Shown in pieces: positions 45,700 to 64,000 of a stretch of DNA of 64,000 nucleotides. The notes under the pieces are model-generated. The model saw only the letters and a program-made list of their open reading frames with translations, was not told the origin of the DNA and made no database searches. Position 1 is the stretch's first letter. Each line of letters opens with the position of its first letter. Source of the stretch: Dictyostelium discoideum. Lineage: Eukaryota. The stretch covers positions 2,272,001-2,336,000 of the forward strand of contig CM000150.2 in the NCBI GenBank assembly GCA_000004695.1, in the 5' to 3' direction. The position numbers were made by a program, and so were the translations under genes.

Positions 45700-48600
45700 A
45701 ATAATAATAATAATCAAAATAACCAAGCAAGTAGTAATAATAATAATAATAATAATAATAATGTAAGTGGTAATACAATTAATAATAAAAGTGTACCAAA
45801 TGTTCATGATAAAACAAAGAATCAATTTTATCAAATTAAAACTAGATCAGTTGAGATGTTAAGAGCTCATCAAACTAGAGTTACAGAGAAATATCAAGCA
45901 TCATTACCATCAAATGGAAAAATAGCAGAAACAGAAGAGAATGAAAATGGAGATCATACATTTACAAGTGATGATGATGATGATGAAGGTGAAGATGAAG
46001 ATATTGGTGAAGGTTTTTCATTAGATCATAGTACATCAAGTGCACCAACATCAAGATCAAATTATAACAATATAAATGAACCAATGATTGATTTAAAGAG
46101 TAGTAAGAAACAAGATGATTCAAATATGGTTACAAAGATTCAATTCTCACAAATTTCAATATCAATTAAAAATCTGAATATCATTATAATGGATGATCTT
46201 AGTAAACATAAAATGAATACACCCATTTTCAATATGAAATTAAATTATGGATTTATGAAAGCAGTTTTAAAGACAACTAGAATTGAAGTTGAATTCGATT
46301 CAGTATTTCAAATGAACTATTTCAATAATAGAATTGCATATTGGGAACCATTCATTGAACCTTGGTTATTTAAATCAATGATGACATTGGGTAAAGAATT
46401 ATCAATCGATATATACAGTACAGATTTATTGAATATTAATTTCACAATACCATTAATGGATAATATAAGTCTTTTCCTTAGAACTTATAGTAAAGAATTT
46501 GGTTATCCTTTCAATTTAATTTGTGCACCATCCGATAGTAATAACACTGATAATAGTAGTAATAATGGAAAGAAATCTCATTCAAATCGTCATTCTCTAA
46601 TTGGACAAATTAAGAAAATTAAAGAAAAAAAGACAAAAACTTCTTATTCACCATTTTTCATTAGAAATAGAACTGGTTCACGTTTAAGATATAGATTGGA
46701 AACTCAAGACGGTAAACCGGTTGCAGGTGTAAATCATAAAATGGAAGGTTCAACAGTTCGTGTTGTAAATATTGAAAATTATGGACTATTTTTTGAATTG
46801 GATTCTGGTGATTGTTCACCAATTAAATTCTTACCTGATGTTCAAATTAATTTAGAAACATTTAGTCAATTGGTATTGGCAGTCGAGTTATTGGGTGTTG
46901 AAAAATCAATTTCAATTCCATTGGATAAAATTAAAATCTATGACTATCAAGTTTATTTGGATAGTTCAACCAGTACAAAACTTTATGCAAATATTGGTAT
47001 TAAAAATGGTACGAAATTAATCACAATTCAATTCCCTATAGTTTTAAAGAATTTAACATCATTCCCAATCGATATTGCAACGGTAACTAGTGGATTTGGT
47101 GATACTCAAATGCCAAACTATTCAACTACTATTAGAGTTGGTCAAGCAAGAGCACCATTACCAATCAATCGTATGAGAAATGTACAAATTAAATTTAAAC
47201 CATCAGGAGACCAATACAAGTGGAGTACTGAAGCATTGGATGTGAATAATGTTATTGAAGGTGAAGATAAATTCTCTTGTATTTTAAAGAATGGTGAAAA
47301 AATATACTACATCAAAGGTTACATTTTCAAAAAGAATCAATGTTTTATCATTAAACTTTGTCATATGTTAAAGGTTAAGAATCTATTACCTTATCCAATT
47401 CAATTCAAATTGAAATCTCCAATTGAAAATATACCACTATTAAAACGTGAAACTCAAGCAACCGTTCAAGATCAAGAGAAAACTGAAGTTTATGAAATTC
47501 CATTATTGGATAAATTTAAAATTCAAGTTAGAATCGCTGATAAAGATGGTACATTTGAAAAGAGTGAATGGAGTGAAATTCGTTCAATAGTTGAACGTGA
47601 AGATAATAATGAAATTGGTGTTATAACAATATCGGATTCAAATAATCTAATTGTTGATTATCTTCATTTAAATGTAGAATTTGAATCTTATAAAGGTGAA
47701 AAAAAGATAGTTTTCTATAATCAATATTGGATTTTTAACAAGAGTGGTTTGAATTTATACTGTAAGAAATCTTATCATTCAAAAGATTATTCAGAGAGTC
47801 AAACTCATTTTAATCATCCACTTCAACAATTAGATTCATCAAATACAAACACAACCATTAAACCATCGGATGCCATCATTGTAACACCTGATCAATGGTA
47901 TTCTCATCAATTAATAAAAGAATCACCATTGTTATTCTCTTTTAAGAAATTAAAAGATATGGAAAATTCAATAAGAATTAGAGTTGGTGATTCAAAATGG
48001 TCTCATAAGATATCAATCGCTGCAATTGGTGATCGTGGTACAATTGTAATTGATTCATCAGAGAAAAGACATTCACGTTCTTATCATTTAGGTTTATCAG
48101 TAGATTTAGCACCAAATTTAAAAACAAAAATAGTTGTTTTCACACCAAGATTTGTATTTCATAATCTTTTTCCATACACAATTTTAGTTCAACAATGTGG
48201 TGCAAACACTGATTCCACTACTATTAGAATTCCTCCATCATGTTCTGTACCATTTTATTATTTCATTAATAACACTGGTGAGTCTTCAAAACCAACATTG
48301 AAATTCAAAATTGATTATCAAGAATTTGATTGGTCTCCTCCATTTTCAATTCAAACATTTTCAGATTTTACATTTAATGTATTCAATAATAATAATAATG
48401 ATAATGTTGAAAATTATAAACAACCTGATATTCATTGTAATCCATATATTAGAATTAAAACCTGTTTAGAAGTTGCAACCATTTTAGTTATTATATCAGA
48501 ATTAAAAGAACCACCTTATAGAATATTAAATAATACAAAGTATCAACTTTCAATTCAACAGAAAAAAGTTGGTAAAGTTTTAACGGTTGAACCATCTTCA

Positions 48601-51600
48601 TCAATTCCTTATGTTTGGGATTTACCATTGGAAGATCATATTTTAGAGGTATTAGTACATATATCAACCAATCAAAGTGAAAAGGCATCTTATAAGATGG
48701 ATAAAATTAAAACTTTTAGACCAATGGAATTTAATGATGATCATAATCCTGTGGTTATTAAAGCGATTGTTGAAGCTGATGAATCAACTCGTGTATTAAC
48801 ACTCTCTGATAAGACATCATTTCAAATTAGTAAATATGAAGAAGAGAATTTACGTCAATCATTTAGAATTCATTTCACTGGTATCGGTATATCAGTTATT
48901 AATGCAAATCCAACAGAACTTCTTTACGTTTCAATTCATGATATCCTTTGTGAATATTTCATTAGTAGTTTTCTTCAAAAGTTAGAGATGAAAATTACAA
49001 ATATTCAAGTTGATAATCAATTATCAAAAGTTACACCCTATAGTCATCCAGTTTTATTATTTGCAGATAATCTATTACCAAATACACCATTCTTACAAGT
49101 TAGAATAGTAAGATCAATGAAAATGAAAAATATTGATTACTATCATCATGTCTCTTTGAAAATGCAAGAATTAAACATTAAAGTTGAAGAGAAATTCCTT
49201 TACGTATTATTGGATTTCTTTAATAGTTTAGATTTCTCATTTTGGACAGGTAATAAAAAGACAAATACTCTACATAATATGGATATGTTAACTCCAATGT
49301 ATAATGAAGATATTGGTGAAGGATTTATAGATGAAATGGTAGCTCGTGCTCTACCTTCAATCTATGGTAAGAAAATGTATTTCGAATCATTGGATATTGA
49401 ACCAATTAGTATGTTTTTAACATTTGATCTTTCAAATAAGTCTGGTTCAATCGCAAGTTTAGAACAAGCTCCAATGGTAAAAGCATTTAGAAGAATAGGT
49501 TTCGTTATTGTTAGTTTTCAACATGCTCATATATTTTTACATGGTTTCTCATTATCTCATGCATTTGGTTCGAATGAAGAATTGCTTGCACCAATTTTCA
49601 ATCATTACTTTAGTGAAGGTTTATCTGAAGTTTATAAAATATTGGGAGCATTTAATTTGTTTGGTAATCCAGTTGGTTTGGTTACAAACTTTGGAATTGG
49701 TTTTAAAGAATTTTTCGTTAGTATGGGTAAAGGTTTGGTAGGAAATAGTTTTACTGATTCATTTGGTCAAGGTTCAAAAAGTTTAGCAAAACATTCAGTC
49801 TATGGTATATTTGATTCGGGTGCAAAACTAACAGGTTCTGCTGGTAAAGTATTATCAACACTTTCAATGGATCAACGTTATATTCTAGAGAGACAATATA
49901 TCATTGGTGAATCACCAAATACATTTATGCAAGGTTTAATATTGGGTGGTAGAGCTGCAAAAACTGCTGTTTATCGTGGTTTCTCCGGTTTCGTAAAATT
50001 ACCTTATGAAGGTGGTAAAGAAGCAGGACCAAAAGGTGTTGTCAAAGGTATTGGTAAAGGAACTGCTGGTCTTGTGCTAAAACCAATTGCAGCTGGCTTT
50101 GATTTTGCTTCAAAAGTTTCAGAGGGTATTAAAAATTCAACTCAATTAAGTATAGAAAGAAAGAGAATTAGATTTCCACGTCCACTCTTTAGTGATTCAC
50201 CATTAGAAACATATGATTCAGCTGAAAGTTATGGTCACTTTTTATTCCTTACCTATATTATCACCGCTGGTAAACTTAGAAGAATCTCTGCTGATCAAAT
50301 TAATTTACCATTAATGGAAGTGGTTTCAAAGGATGAAAAATATGTTTCTCATTTAATCTATAAAAATAGAAAAACCCTTCTTTTTACCAATAAAAGAATT
50401 ATCTATCTCTATGATACCGATGGTTTTAGAACAAAATTCGATATAAAATATACAAGAATTCATGGTGTTTCTGAAAAATCAGATCATATCGATATAAAAA
50501 TAGATAAAAAACATAAACTATCATTCCTCTACAATGAAAAGAATAAAAAGATAGACTATAGAATCAAGTGTGTTGGTGAAGAGAAATCCTATATCTTTTA
50601 TAGAATAATAGAAATGATTAAAACTTATAAACCATTTGCTGATGAAGAGTTAACTGTCAATGGTTTAAAGGCTGACCCAACTACAATGATTCCAATTCCA
50701 CCACCACCCCCACCACCACTACAACAACAACTATTATATGGTTCAAATATTATTCAACAACAGCCACCAATTCAGTATTTCAATGATGGTAGTAGTAGTA
50801 GTAGTAATTTAACTGGTGGTAGAACAATTCAACCAATTATCTTTACAAATGATGCTGGTCCAATGAGAAATGATTTAAATCCAATACTTGAGAATTTATT
50901 AGCTCAACAACCAAATAAGAATATGGAGATTCCAATTTGGATTTCACAAGGTTTCAATCCACCAAAACCACCAGATACATTAATTCCACAAAGATTTAGA
51001 GACCCAAATTTAATTAATAATAATAACAACTACTATTATCCAAATGGTTCTGGTTATGTTTATTCCCAACCACCACTATATGATCAATATGGTAATCAAA
51101 TTCCACCTCCCCCACCACTTCCATCACATCCATTAGCTATTGATCGTCCAACTACAACTACAACAACAAATACAACCACAACACCCTATCAATCATCTCA
51201 AAATATTCACTCAACACCATACCCAACTGAAACTCCTCAATCTGTTGTATTAAAAGAAGATATTTCAAAAGCAATTCATACTCCATCTGCTAGCTCTTTA
51301 AAGAAATTAAAAACCCCTCATCATTACAATGTAAGATTTGAACCATCAAGTAGTTTAGGCCCTCAAGATTTTGATATTCATACAATTCGTTTACAAAATC
51401 AACAATATCAACACAGTGGAAGTGGAGCACCCCCACCCCCACCAATAATAACCACAACAACTAATTCAACCATTCCACCACCATCTTCTAATATAAATCA
51501 ACGTCAATTACAACATCAATTCTCTAGTAATTCGATAATAGAAACACCAAGATATAAAAGCATGGCTAGACAACAACAATTTCAACAACCACCACCTCCA

Positions 51601-51957
51601 CCTCCATTACCATCCAATAACAGATTATCATTAACACCAAGTGGTAGTGGCAATATAAATTATAGTGATAAATTTGAAGTGGCATTGAACACAATTATTC
51701 AAATTCAAAAAATTCAATCTCAACAAATGTCATCACTTCAAAAGAATCAAAGAGATTTACAAAAATTATTATTTCAACAACAATCAACCGAATTTGATAC
51801 ATTAAGAAATCAACAAGAACAAATTCAAAACATAATATCACAATATCATCCATTAAGCCCTTCAAAAGCTTCTTTAGTTTCAAAACTATCCAATGAACTT
51901 GAGTCAACAAATAGTAATGTTGTAATTTCACCTCCAACAGGTGGTGCTTCAAATTAA
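39232..51957 (+). CDS. VPS13-family bridge-like lipid-transfer protein (4241 aa, single exon)
   Basis: N-terminal chorein domain (MVSKILPGLLKKILGNYIEGLDTLSIPWWKGQIVLENLKF...). The conserved VPS13 C-terminal segment (GNPVGLVTNFGIGFKEFFVSMGKGL...VYGIFDSGAKLTGSAGKVLSTLSMD) is followed by a PH-like region. The protein ends in a long Pro/Gln-rich tail. Internal poly-N and poly-Q tracts come from (AAT)n and (CAA)n. Confidence 0.85.
45622..45699 (+). repeat. (CAA)n coding repeat (poly-Gln) in the VPS13-family gene
   Basis: Pure caa repeats followed by (AAT)n. Confidence 0.9.
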
Positions 51958-52196
51958 AAATATAAATAAATAATTAAACAATTAAACAATTAAACAATTA
52001 AATTAACAAAAAAAAAAACAAATAAAATAAATATAAATATAAAAACAAATATTATTACATTGTTTTTATTATTTAAATAAAAATTAATTTGACCTTTAAG
52101 AGTTTATATATTTATAATAAATAAATAATTAAAAAAATAAAAAAAATAAATATTATAATTATTTATATATAAAAAAATATTAATACATTGTTTTTA

Positions 52197-58890
<6,694 letters not shown>

Positions 58891-58902
58891 CTTTTATTAT
58901 TA

Positions 58903-58935
<33 letters not shown>

Positions 58936-59039
58936 AAAAAAAAAGGTATGTATATGTAATATTACAAAACTAATAAATAAATAAAATACAAATACACACT
59001 ATAGTGTGTAATAAAAAAGAAATATTTATTGTGGTTTTT

Positions 59040-59081
<42 letters not shown>

Positions 59082-59467
59082 GGTGCAGGTTATACCACAA
59101 AAAATTATTATATGACTGTGGTTTGTAAATAAATAGAAAAAAAATAAAATAAAATAAAAAAATTAAAAAAATGAATTGATCAATTTAGAGTGGGTGTTTT
59201 TTTTTTTTTTTTTTATTTGTGTGTGTTTTTATATGTTATTGAAACAAAAAAAAAAAAAAAAAAATAAAAGAAAATTTTTTTTTTTTTTATTTTGATTATT
59301 ATTTTTTTTATACAATGATTATTTGAAAATAACTTTTTAAAATTATTTAATATATAAACAATGGTGATGGACAGACACACTAAAATTACAGATTTATATT
59401 AGGGAGCAAAGAGTTTTTTTCTTTTTTTTTTTTTTTTATTTTTTTAAAAAAAAAAAAATTAAAAAAA

Positions 59468-59498
<31 letters not shown>

Positions 59499-59720
59499 AT
59501 TTTTTTTTTTTTGTCTAATCGAGATTTCAAATAATTAGTGTGCATGAGAAAAAAAAACGACGGGTGAAAGTCAAAAATGATTTTTGATTGTAATGTATTA
59601 TAACATTTTTTCGTTATAACTGTATTTTTTTTTATTTTTTTATTTCTTCTTAACTGACATAAAATAAATAAAATAAAATAAATAATATAAAAAAAAAAAT
59701 ATATAATAATAAAAAAAAAA

Positions 59721-59820
<100 letters not shown>

Positions 59821-59886
59821 CAGGAAAGGGTTTTTTTTTTTTTTTTTTTATTTTTGGATTTATTTAAATGGAAATAATAATAAAAA

Positions 59887-60531
59887 TTAAAAAGAGGATG
59901 ATGGACAAGCTTTAATTTCACTGCAAGCTTTTTCAGGTTTTTGATTGTATGATAAGTAATTTACCAATTGGGGTACATATTGATTTACATAAACTACGCA
60001 TTCACCAGCATAACCACCACCAAATTTATTACAATCTTGATCTAAGAAATATTCAATTTCAGATTGTGTTGCATTAACTTCAATATAACTCTCAACCTTT
60101 TGGACAATGAACTCACAAATTAAACATCCTACTGATGGGAGATCTGATGATGATGATGATGATGATGATGAAGAAGTTTCTTGGATGGTATCAAAGTTTG
60201 ATGATGAAGATGAAGATTGTGAACATAATCCAAGTTGATCGCAAATTATTGTTGGGGTTTCATTATTTTCAAAGGATTTAATAATTGAATCAATATTATT
60301 TTCAATTAAATTATTACATATGGTTTGATAGTTTGATGGAATGTAATTACATAGTTTCATTAATTCTTCACTAATATTAGTTTCAACATTACTATTTGCC
60401 AATTTATCTTCTAAAAATGTGGTTACCATTTCACAAATTTCGCAACCCACTTGGTTGTTGGCTTTAACAAATAAATTACTGGAAAATAATATTGTAATAT
60501 TTAATAAAATTAATAATATAAATAATTTCAT
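59887..60531 (-). CDS. Saposin-like (amoebapore-like) secreted protein with two SapB domains
   Basis: A signal peptide, then two six-Cys saposin-B patterns (GCEICEMVTTFLEDKL...CNYIP...ICNNLI...ICDQLGLC and GCLICEFIVQKVESYI...CNKFG...ECVVYV...ACSEIKAC), separated by a poly-Ser linker. Confidence 0.8.
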   Translation of the reverse strand: MKLFILLILLNITILFSSNLFVKANNQVGCEICEMVTTFLEDKLANSNVETNISEELMKLCNYIPSNYQTICNNLIENNIDSIIKSFENNETPTIICDQLGLCSQSSSSSSNFDTIQETSSSSSSSSSSDLPSVGCLICEFIVQKVESYIEVNATQSEIEYFLDQDCNKFGGGYAGECVVYVNQYVPQLVNYLSYNQKPEKACSEIKACPSSSF

Positions 60532-60712
60532 TTTTAAATAAAATAAATAATTAAAACAAGTAATAAAATAAAATAAAATAAAATAAAATTAAAAAAAAAA
60601 AAAAAAAGGATTTTTTTTAAAAAAAAAAAAATAAAAAAAAAAAATAAAAATTAAAAAATATCTTTTTTTTATTTTTTTATTTTGGACAAACCATAAAAAA
60701 AATAAAATTTAA

Positions 60713-60743
<31 letters not shown>

Positions 60744-61198
60744 AATCATTATTAAATACAGAGCCAGAAGTATTTAAAACAATATTATTTTTTATTTTCC
60801 TACAAAAAATTATAGGATTGCATAAAAAAAAAATAAAAAAATAAAAAAAAATCAAATTTGAAATTTGAACTTTTCAATTTTAATTATTACCATTTTCAAA
60901 ATATATAAAAAAATTTAATCATCCCCTGAAATGGATTTGTTTTTATATTATTTTTATTTATTTTTTTTTAATTTTTTTTTAAATTTTTTAATTCAAATTC
61001 CCTCAAAAAGCAACCCTTTTCTTTTTTTTTTTATTTTTTTTTTTAAAAATTTTTATTTTTTTTTTTTTTTTTTTATTTTTTTATTTTTTTTATTTTTTTT
61101 ATTTTTTCTCAGAGTTAATTTAACCAATTTTAATAAATAATACCAAATAAATAAATAATAAATTGTAATAAAGTAATAATAATAATAAAAAAAAAAAA

Positions 61199-63088
61199 AT
61201 GGAAAGATTTTTAATGCAATCATCTTTATCAACGTCATCATTAATATATCCACATGGTAGTTATGATAGTTCATGTAATTATTGTGATGCTGGAGAAGAT
61301 AAAAAAGGTAGAATTTGTTATGGTATGGTTGCAGATCAATTAACTTGTGAAGATTATCAACTGTTAATTGATCAGGGTTGGCGCAGATCAGGTACATTTT
61401 TATATAAACCTAATAACTCTGATAAAAAGACTTGTTGTCCACAATACACAATTAGATTAGACACTTCATCATTTAAACCTTCAAAAGATAATAAATCAAC
61501 AATTAAAAAATTTAATAATTATATTTTAAATAATATTATTAAAGAAAAAGATTCATCAACTACTTCCACAACTAAAGATATCATTAATACTACACAAATT
61601 AAATCAAACACTAAAAATAATAATAATAAAACCAACGATGAAAATATAATTAAATTAAATAATGATATTATTGAAATAATTTTAAATAATGAATTTATTA
61701 ATAAATTTAATGAACAAGATAAAAAGATTTTAAAAGAGAATTTAAAGATTAAAATCAACTCTAATAAAATGATAAAAGAAACTGGTAGTTATTCATTATC
61801 ATTTGGTATCTTTAATAAATATAGATCAGAATTGAATCAACACTCAATTACAATTGATCAAATTATTAATTTCACAATTTTAGAATTTAATAAAACTATA
61901 AACAATAGTGATTATCAATTTAATTTAGAGAAAGGTCAAAATAATCATATCAATTTTAAAATGATTAATTCATCACAAATTCTTAATGATTCTACAAAAA
62001 CAAAAACATTAAATATTCAAAATAATAGTAATAAAAATTCAACAACAACAGCAACAACAGCAACAACAACAACAACAACAACAAATGAACCAAAACATAA
62101 ATTTGAAATTTCAATTCATAAACCAAAATGTACAGATGAAGTATTCTCTTTATATTGTAAATATCAAAAAATAATTCATAAAGAAGATGATGAAAAAACT
62201 AAATCAGGTTTTAAAAGATTTCTTGTTGACTCACCTTTAATACCAATCATTCATCCTGATGAATCTTATGACGACTATGTTTATGATGGTAAAGATGATG
62301 ATGATGATGATGATGATAAAGATGAAAAAGAAGATGATGAAGATGAAGATCAAGAAGATGATGAGGATGAAGATGATGGAAATAATGAGGATGAAAAAAA
62401 AATAACAAAAGAAAATAAAGAAAAAGAAATTAAAAATCATATTTATAAAATTGGGAAAAAATCAAAAACATTAAAAACTAGAAAATTTGGTGAAATTAAA
62501 ACACCAAAACCAGGTTATGGTAGTTTTCATCAATACTATAGATTGGATGGTAAACTTGTTGGTGTAGGTGTAATTGATATTTTACCAGAATGTTTATCAA
62601 GTGTATACTTTTTTTATGATCCAGACTTTAACTTTTTGTCACTTGGTAAATATTCAGCATTGAATGAAATTGAATGGGTTCAAAAAGTTAGTCAATCAAT
62701 ACCACAATTGAAATATTATTATATGGGTTATTATATTCATAGTTGTCAAAAAATGAAATATAAAGCAAACTATCAACCATCTCAATTACTTTGTTTAGAA
62801 ACTTTTAAATGGGTTGAATTTAAAAAAGCAATATCTTTTTTACAACCAGATAAAAAATATTCAAGATTTTATTTTGATGAAAATGAAAATAATAATAATG
62901 AAAAATTAACTTATTTTGAAAAGGAACCAGAATTATTAGAACGAGTTAAATTTAGACAAAAGAATTTCACCTTTCACTTTTCTGATGTTAGTGTTAGATT
63001 TCAAAATTTATTAAAGGACCAAGTGATTGATTATATAAATCATGTAGGTCCTGAATTAACAAAAGAATTAATTTTCTATTTTAAATAA
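61199..63088 (+). CDS. ate1: Arginyl-tRNA--protein transferase (ATE1)
   Basis: The N-domain CNYCDAG...YQLLIDQGWRRSGTFLYKPNNSDKKTCCPQYTIRLD and the C-domain FHQYYRLDGKLVGVGVIDILPECLSSVYFFYDPDF...YYYMGYYIHSCQKMKYKANYQPSQLLC match ATE1 signatures. A Dictyostelium-type N/T-rich and poly-Asp/Glu insert separates them. Confidence 0.9.
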   Translation: MERFLMQSSLSTSSLIYPHGSYDSSCNYCDAGEDKKGRICYGMVADQLTCEDYQLLIDQGWRRSGTFLYKPNNSDKKTCCPQYTIRLDTSSFKPSKDNKSTIKKFNNYILNNIIKEKDSSTTSTTKDIINTTQIKSNTKNNNNKTNDENIIKLNNDIIEIILNNEFINKFNEQDKKILKENLKIKINSNKMIKETGSYSLSFGIFNKYRSELNQHSITIDQIINFTILEFNKTINNSDYQFNLEKGQNNHINFKMINSSQILNDSTKTKTLNIQNNSNKNSTTTATTATTTTTTTNEPKHKFEISIHKPKCTDEVFSLYCKYQKIIHKEDDEKTKSGFKRFLVDSPLIPIIHPDESYDDYVYDGKDDDDDDDDKDEKEDDEDEDQEDDEDEDDGNNEDEKKITKENKEKEIKNHIYKIGKKSKTLKTRKFGEIKTPKPGYGSFHQYYRLDGKLVGVGVIDILPECLSSVYFFYDPDFNFLSLGKYSALNEIEWVQKVSQSIPQLKYYYMGYYIHSCQKMKYKANYQPSQLLCLETFKWVEFKKAISFLQPDKKYSRFYFDENENNNNEKLTYFEKEPELLERVKFRQKNFTFHFSDVSVRFQNLLKDQVIDYINHVGPELTKELIFYFK

Positions 63089-64000
63089 TAATAAATAGCA
63101 ATAAAATAAAGTCTCAATAATAAAGGGTGTGACGAATTTTGGATGTATTGGAAAAAATTCAAAAAAAAAAAAAAAAAAATATCTTTTTGTGAGTTGATTT
63201 TATTTTATTTTTATTTTTTTTTTTTTTTTTTTTTGTTTTTTCAAGACCAACTGTCAAGGGGTGTGAAAACATTATAAATTGAATATTTGACGGAAAAAAA
63301 AAAATTATAATTATTTAAAAAAAAAAGATAAATTTCCCAAACATAATAACATTAACAGTAATTGTTCAATTGAAATAATCCAAATTCCACCAAATCATAT
63401 AAAATTCTCAAACTCCAACCAATAGTAATTTTTTTTTTAAAAAAAAAAAAAAAAAAAAAAAGAGGTAGTTAAATTCCCAAAGTATATTTTGAATTTTCTT
63501 AATTAAATTTAATTCAAAGCTGAAAAAAGTTTCATTTTTTATTTTGAAATTTTGGGTTCTGTTTAAAAAAAAAAAAAAATCAAAAAAAAAAAAAAAAAAA
63601 AAATCCTTTTCATACCTATTTTTTTTTTTTTTATTTATTTTTAAATGTTTTTTTTTTTTTCCAATTTTCTGATTAATTCTAATAATAATAGTATAAAGTT
63701 GAATCTTTTTGTGTGACCTCTTTTTGTGAAAGTTTAATTTTGAATTTTTTTTTTTTTTTTTTTTTTTTTCTTGATTTTTTAACTGTAATCATATGACAGG
63801 TTTTTTTTTATTTTTTTTTTCTGATTTTTTTTTTAAAAAAATTTTGGAAATTATATACGATTAACTAACTATTTTTATTTTATCACCACTTTTGATTTTT
63901 TTTTTTTTTTTTTTTTTATTTTTTATTACTATTATTATTATTATTATTATTTTATTTTTATTTATTTATTTTTTTAATTATTTTATTTTTATTTTATTTT

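Overview
This window is eukaryotic nuclear DNA, not a prokaryotic island. It is extremely AT-rich, with long (AAT)n and (CAA)n microsatellites, poly-Asn/Gln coding tracts and short AT-rich introns with GTAAGT/GTATGT donors. All of this matches a Dictyostelium discoideum-type social-amoeba chromosome arm. I can support about 20 protein-coding genes, most of which I had to splice by hand from the ORF track, and one tRNA-Asp(GUC) with a Dictyostelium-style external B box downstream. Genes I recognise with good confidence: NAT10 RNA cytidine acetyltransferase (2 exons), a MUL1-like mitochondrial RING E3 (3 exons), a roughly 2125-aa ZnF-UBP/USP deubiquitinase (3 exons), a UBL + filamin-repeat + ARM + TKL protein kinase (4 exons), a 4241-aa VPS13-family lipid-transfer protein (single exon), a zizimin-like DOCK GEF (2 exons), an ataxin-10 homolog (3 exons), an Ohr/OsmC peroxidase (2 exons), a two-domain saposin/amoebapore-like protein, arginyl-tRNA-protein transferase ATE1, a KCTD-type BTB protein, an F-box/LRR-like protein and a GPI-anchored IPT-like surface glycoprotein. 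I see no CRISPR array, no defence operon and no intact transposon. The observations worth a second look are: a bacterial-type Ohr/OsmC gene carrying a spliceosomal intron; a lone integrase-type HHCC zinc finger fused to an Asn-rich host protein; repeat-structured intergenic segments (a tandem ~80-bp repeat at 31.5 kb and paired 46-bp repeats at 13.0/13.2 kb) that could be regulatory or ncRNA; very long pure (AAT)n tracts inside short introns; and the unusual domain architecture of the kinase. Every splice model is inferred from sequence only and needs cDNA confirmation.
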